From Paraspadella gotoi (Eukaryota; Animalia; Chaetognatha): a DNA stretch of 21,293 bases. The DNA lies in the NCBI GenBank assembly GCA_051294375.1, contig JBJCIZ010000654.1, positions 1 through 21,293 on the forward strand. The letters are read 5' to 3'. The notes beneath the pieces are model-generated. The model made no database searches, was not told where the DNA came from, and saw only the letters and a program-made list of their open reading frames with translations. The first letter of the stretch is position 1. Every line of letters begins with the position of its first letter. Both the position numbers and the translations under genes were made by a program. Positions 21,229 to 21,293 of the stretch are shown piece by piece.

Positions 21229-21293
21229 GTATTATTAAAATTATACGTAATAGAAAAAAAAAGCAACCAACAACTTTCTCTTTGTACATCATT
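21229..21293. repeat. Duplicated MEX3 intron segment, copy B, right flank of the retrotransposon
   Basis: gtattattaaaattatacgtaatagaaaaaaaaagcaaccaacaactttctctttgtacatcatt matches 1064-1128. Confidence 0.92.

Noticed and set aside
1-21293. Prokaryotic-type systems (CRISPR array, retron/RT defence, operons) and structural RNA genes
   Set aside because: No regularly spaced repeats, tRNA or rRNA signatures. The RT is embedded in a canonical LTR retrotransposon and the context is spliceosomal eukaryotic.

Overview
Eukaryotic (bilaterian invertebrate, probably arthropod) genomic DNA from an error-rich, gap-filled long-read assembly, with two 25-N gaps. Two real elements can be read. (1) The first coding exon of a MEX3 KH-domain RNA-binding protein gene on the minus strand (about 2023/1724 to 1396). 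It ends at a GT donor in the conserved ...VPVPSSEHVAEIVGRQG motif; the canonical exon 2 is not in the window. (2) A full-length, about 5.4 kb Ty3/Gypsy LTR retrotransposon (about 15802-21228, minus strand) with two LTRs of about 230 bp, a tRNA-Trp-like PBS, a PPT, a CHCC gag knuckle, PR, RT (YLDD), RNase H and integrase. These are hallmarks of the CsRn1/Kabuki lineage. The same MEX3 intron-1 segment occurs twice: empty at 144-1128 and interrupted by the retrotransposon at 14905-21293. This most simply represents two alleles (insertion absent and present) assembled in tandem. The 4.7 kb C/T tract (4150-8816), its 1577-aa 'ORF' and most of 9200-14500 look like low-quality read sequence. I found no convincing new biological system. 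The best leads are the polymorphic insertion, candidate decoy acceptors in MEX3 intron 1, and a uORF plus palindrome in the MEX3 leader.
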